Below the pieces are notes generated by a model. The model was not told where the DNA came from. It was given only the letters and a program-made list of their open reading frames with translations, and ran no database searches. Both the position numbers and the translations under genes were made by a program. Shown in pieces: positions 61,100 to 64,000 of a DNA stretch of 64,000 bases; within the stretch, counting starts at the first letter, position 1, and each line of letters starts with the position of its first letter. Source of the stretch: the human T2T-CHM13v2.0 reference genome, Homo sapiens; the NCBI RefSeq assembly GCF_009914755.1, contig NC_060932.1, one strand, 5' to 3'.

Positions 61100-62555
61100 G
61101 AGTACTGAGAGTTTGGGAAGTTCAAAAAATTTACACAAGCTTTACTTTTTGGTAGTATTCATAGAATGTTTGTCTTTTTTCATGATGGGGAAGTAATTTG
61201 CATATACCTTAGAACATTCCCTCATGACTAGCTAGTGGACTCAATCTCTATACCCTAGATTTTTAAAAAGCAGATTTCTAAATACCCAGAGAAAATATGA
61301 AGATAATTCTATGGACTGTAACCCTAAAAGGTGATGCTTTTTGGCAAGAAGAAAAGACAAATACAATCAAAATCCTAGTCTGATAACGAATGCTCTGAGT
61401 TAGGAACAAGAGGGGAGGATACCAGAAGGTTTCATTGTAGCTGCCATGGGAATTCATTTGAGGGATTCAGATTTAAAAGGTGGAAGAATAAAGTAAAAAG
61501 TATGGGTTTGTGAAAAATGGCAAAGAAATGGTTGATTGGAAGCTTGTAAAATAGGAAGGCGAACAAGAAAGGAGAGGCCTGGTATGGTGGCAGCAGATGA
61601 CAGGGAAGCAGAGCTCCTAAATCTCTATTTTGCTTTTGTCTTTACACAAAGAAGGGCCACCTGACTAGGAGGACAGGACGCATGATGGAAAAGGACCTGA
61701 AGCCCGAGTTGGTGAGAGAGAACCTCACTGTTAAAACTAGTTCACAATTTCAGGTCTGGATGAATTACATCTCATGATGTTGGAGGAATTTTTAGATGTG
61801 TGTGTGTGGAGTGAGTAGAGATCATCTTGGAGGTGCCCTGAAGTATGAGGAAGAGAGAAGAAGAAAGGAAAGAGGTAGTCACCTTTATTTTCAAACTGGA
61901 AGCCAATGTAGATGCTGGAAACCATGGATCAGGGAGCTGAAGACCATCCATCAGAAAAATTTCAGCAGCGTGTGGTATCTAGTTGGAAGAGAAGTAGCTG
62001 ATCTCCAGAAAGCATCATGAGTTCACTAAGAACACGTTATGCCTAACGAACTGCATGCCCTCTTTCTCCACGATTATTACACTGGCGAATTTGGAAAGTT
62101 TCAACATAATGTATTAGGATTTCAGCAAAGCACTTAATATATTGTGATAACCTGGGGATAAGTTCGAGAGAAATGTGGATTTCCAGTTGGTTGCATGATA
62201 ATACCAGAGTGTTGATCAATGGGTCAGTATCATCCTGAAGGGACATCTTGGTGGCATGCCATGGTACTCTGCCCTTGGCTCTGTCAGGTTTAACTTTTAA
62301 AAATCATTCATTTGGATTAACATAGAAGACCTGCTTTTCAAATTTGCAGTGATACACAGGTAGGTAGGGTACTTAATGCATGATTGACAGACTTGTGTTA
62401 TAACATGACCTCAAATAATATGAAACTTAAAATGCTGAATTTAGGTTTTAAAATAATCAGTGTAGCAAAATGGAACCAAGAGGACCACGCTATATAGAAA
62501 TATTTGAGAAAAAAGACATGAGGGTTTTAGCCGACTACAAACCAAATATAAATCA
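61100..62555 (+). mobile_element. CR1/L3 LINE remnant (RT region)
   Basis: CR1-like motifs caggtctggatgaattacatc, catgagttcactaagaac, ggatttcagcaaagcac, caaatttgcagtgatacac. Boundaries are approximate. Confidence 0.65.
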
Positions 62556-62685
62556 TTCACTCCCTCATTCATTCATTGGACAAATGTTTACTCCTATCCA
62601 TGTTTCAGTCACTGGGAAAACACTGGGGATGTGACAAATGAATAAATATAGACCTCGATTTCAAGAAACGTGTAATCTAAAGGAA

Positions 62686-63124
62686 TATATTAATTTCGTA
62701 GGGTTGCCATTCAAAGGTACCACAAACTGGGTAGCTTAAAATAACAAATAGTTTGTCTTACAGTTCTGGAAACTTGAAGTCCAAAATCAAGGTGGCAGCT
62801 GGACTGTCTGTGCTCCTTCTGAAACCTGCAGGGGAGGGTCATTCCTTGCCTCTTCTAGCTTCTGGTTGTGGCCATCCATCTTTGGCGTTACTTGGCTCAC
62901 AGCTGCGTCACTGTAATTTCTGCCTCTGTCATCACATGGCATTCTTCGTGTGTCTCACATGGCATTTTCTTCTTCTTATAAGGACACCAGTGTTACTGGA
63001 TTAGTGACTTAACTTGATAACGCCTGCAAAGACCCTGTTTCCCAGTAAGGTCACCAAATAAGGTACCAGGTTTTAGGACTTCAGCATATTTTTCTGGATG
63101 GAGGACACAATTCAATACATAACA
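62686..63124 (-). mobile_element. MLT1B/C-type MaLR LTR within L2 fragments
   Basis: gtaccacaaactgggtagcttaaaataac...ggacacaattcaatacataaca; TSD agga(a/g). Confidence 0.8.
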
Positions 63125-63581
63125 AGGAGTAAAATCTGTCTTCATCTAAGTAGTTGACTAATTAGGATTTTTTTATGTGACATAAAAATAGAGTTCTGTG
63201 AGAACAGGGTGACCTAATTTAGCTCAAGGGAGTGTCAGGGGTGATTGGGAGCCATCCAGGCGAAGAGGGGAAGGAGTAACCTTCCAGGAAGAAGAAACAA
63301 CAGTGCAGAACGCCCTGGGGCACTCAGATGCTTAGTGTTCTGAGGAAGTTAAAGGAGCCCAGGGCAGCTCAAGTGGAGGAGGAGGAAGCAGAAGACAGCT
63401 GAGGAGACAGGGAGGAGCAGACCCAGCAGAGCTCCGTACACTGTCGAGGTGGTTTTTAAGAACAAAGCAAAAAGAATTAATAGAAGTAGACAAAATGGAG
63501 GACTATTATAAGCTAATTAGGCTTTATATTTGCCTCCCTACATCTGGAACCCTTTGTTTTCTTGAGAGGTTCATATTTTAA

Positions 63582-63941
<360 letters not shown>

Positions 63942-64000
63942 GTCATTACACTTTGAATTAATATATTTATATGAGGGGAGAGAAATCTTGGGAAGGTAGC

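Overview
Primate (most likely human) genomic DNA, dense in repeats. It has no intact protein-coding exon. The left part holds a disabled testis-type ADAM metalloprotease-disintegrin gene (about 4556-7084, + strand). Its lesions are ATG>ACG, nonsense codons and two -1 frameshifts, but the zinc-binding motif is intact. About 27.7 kb downstream is a CpG-island promoter with a non-coding first exon (ending 32491) and a 46-nt non-coding second exon (37495-37540), followed by a long intron that runs past the window end. From recalled synteny this fits ADAM24P and the 5' end of SLC7A2 (8p22); that naming is an inference. The rest is Alu, L1, L2/MIR, CR1, LTR (LTR12, MER41, MER57, LTR16/ERVL, MaLR) and DNA-transposon remnants. 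Two observations stand out. (1) A ~300-bp, ~87%-identical inverted repeat at 48760-49058 / 49814-50114 that I cannot assign to a repeat family. Its mismatches favour G-U pairs in the sense pre-mRNA, and its loop contains strong cryptic splice sites. (2) A compact snaR-related retroposed Pol III unit with A/B boxes, target-site duplications and its own T5 terminator, about 1.9 kb upstream of the first exon. There are also many microhomology-mediated duplication and templated-insertion scars. All alignments and counts were done by eye.
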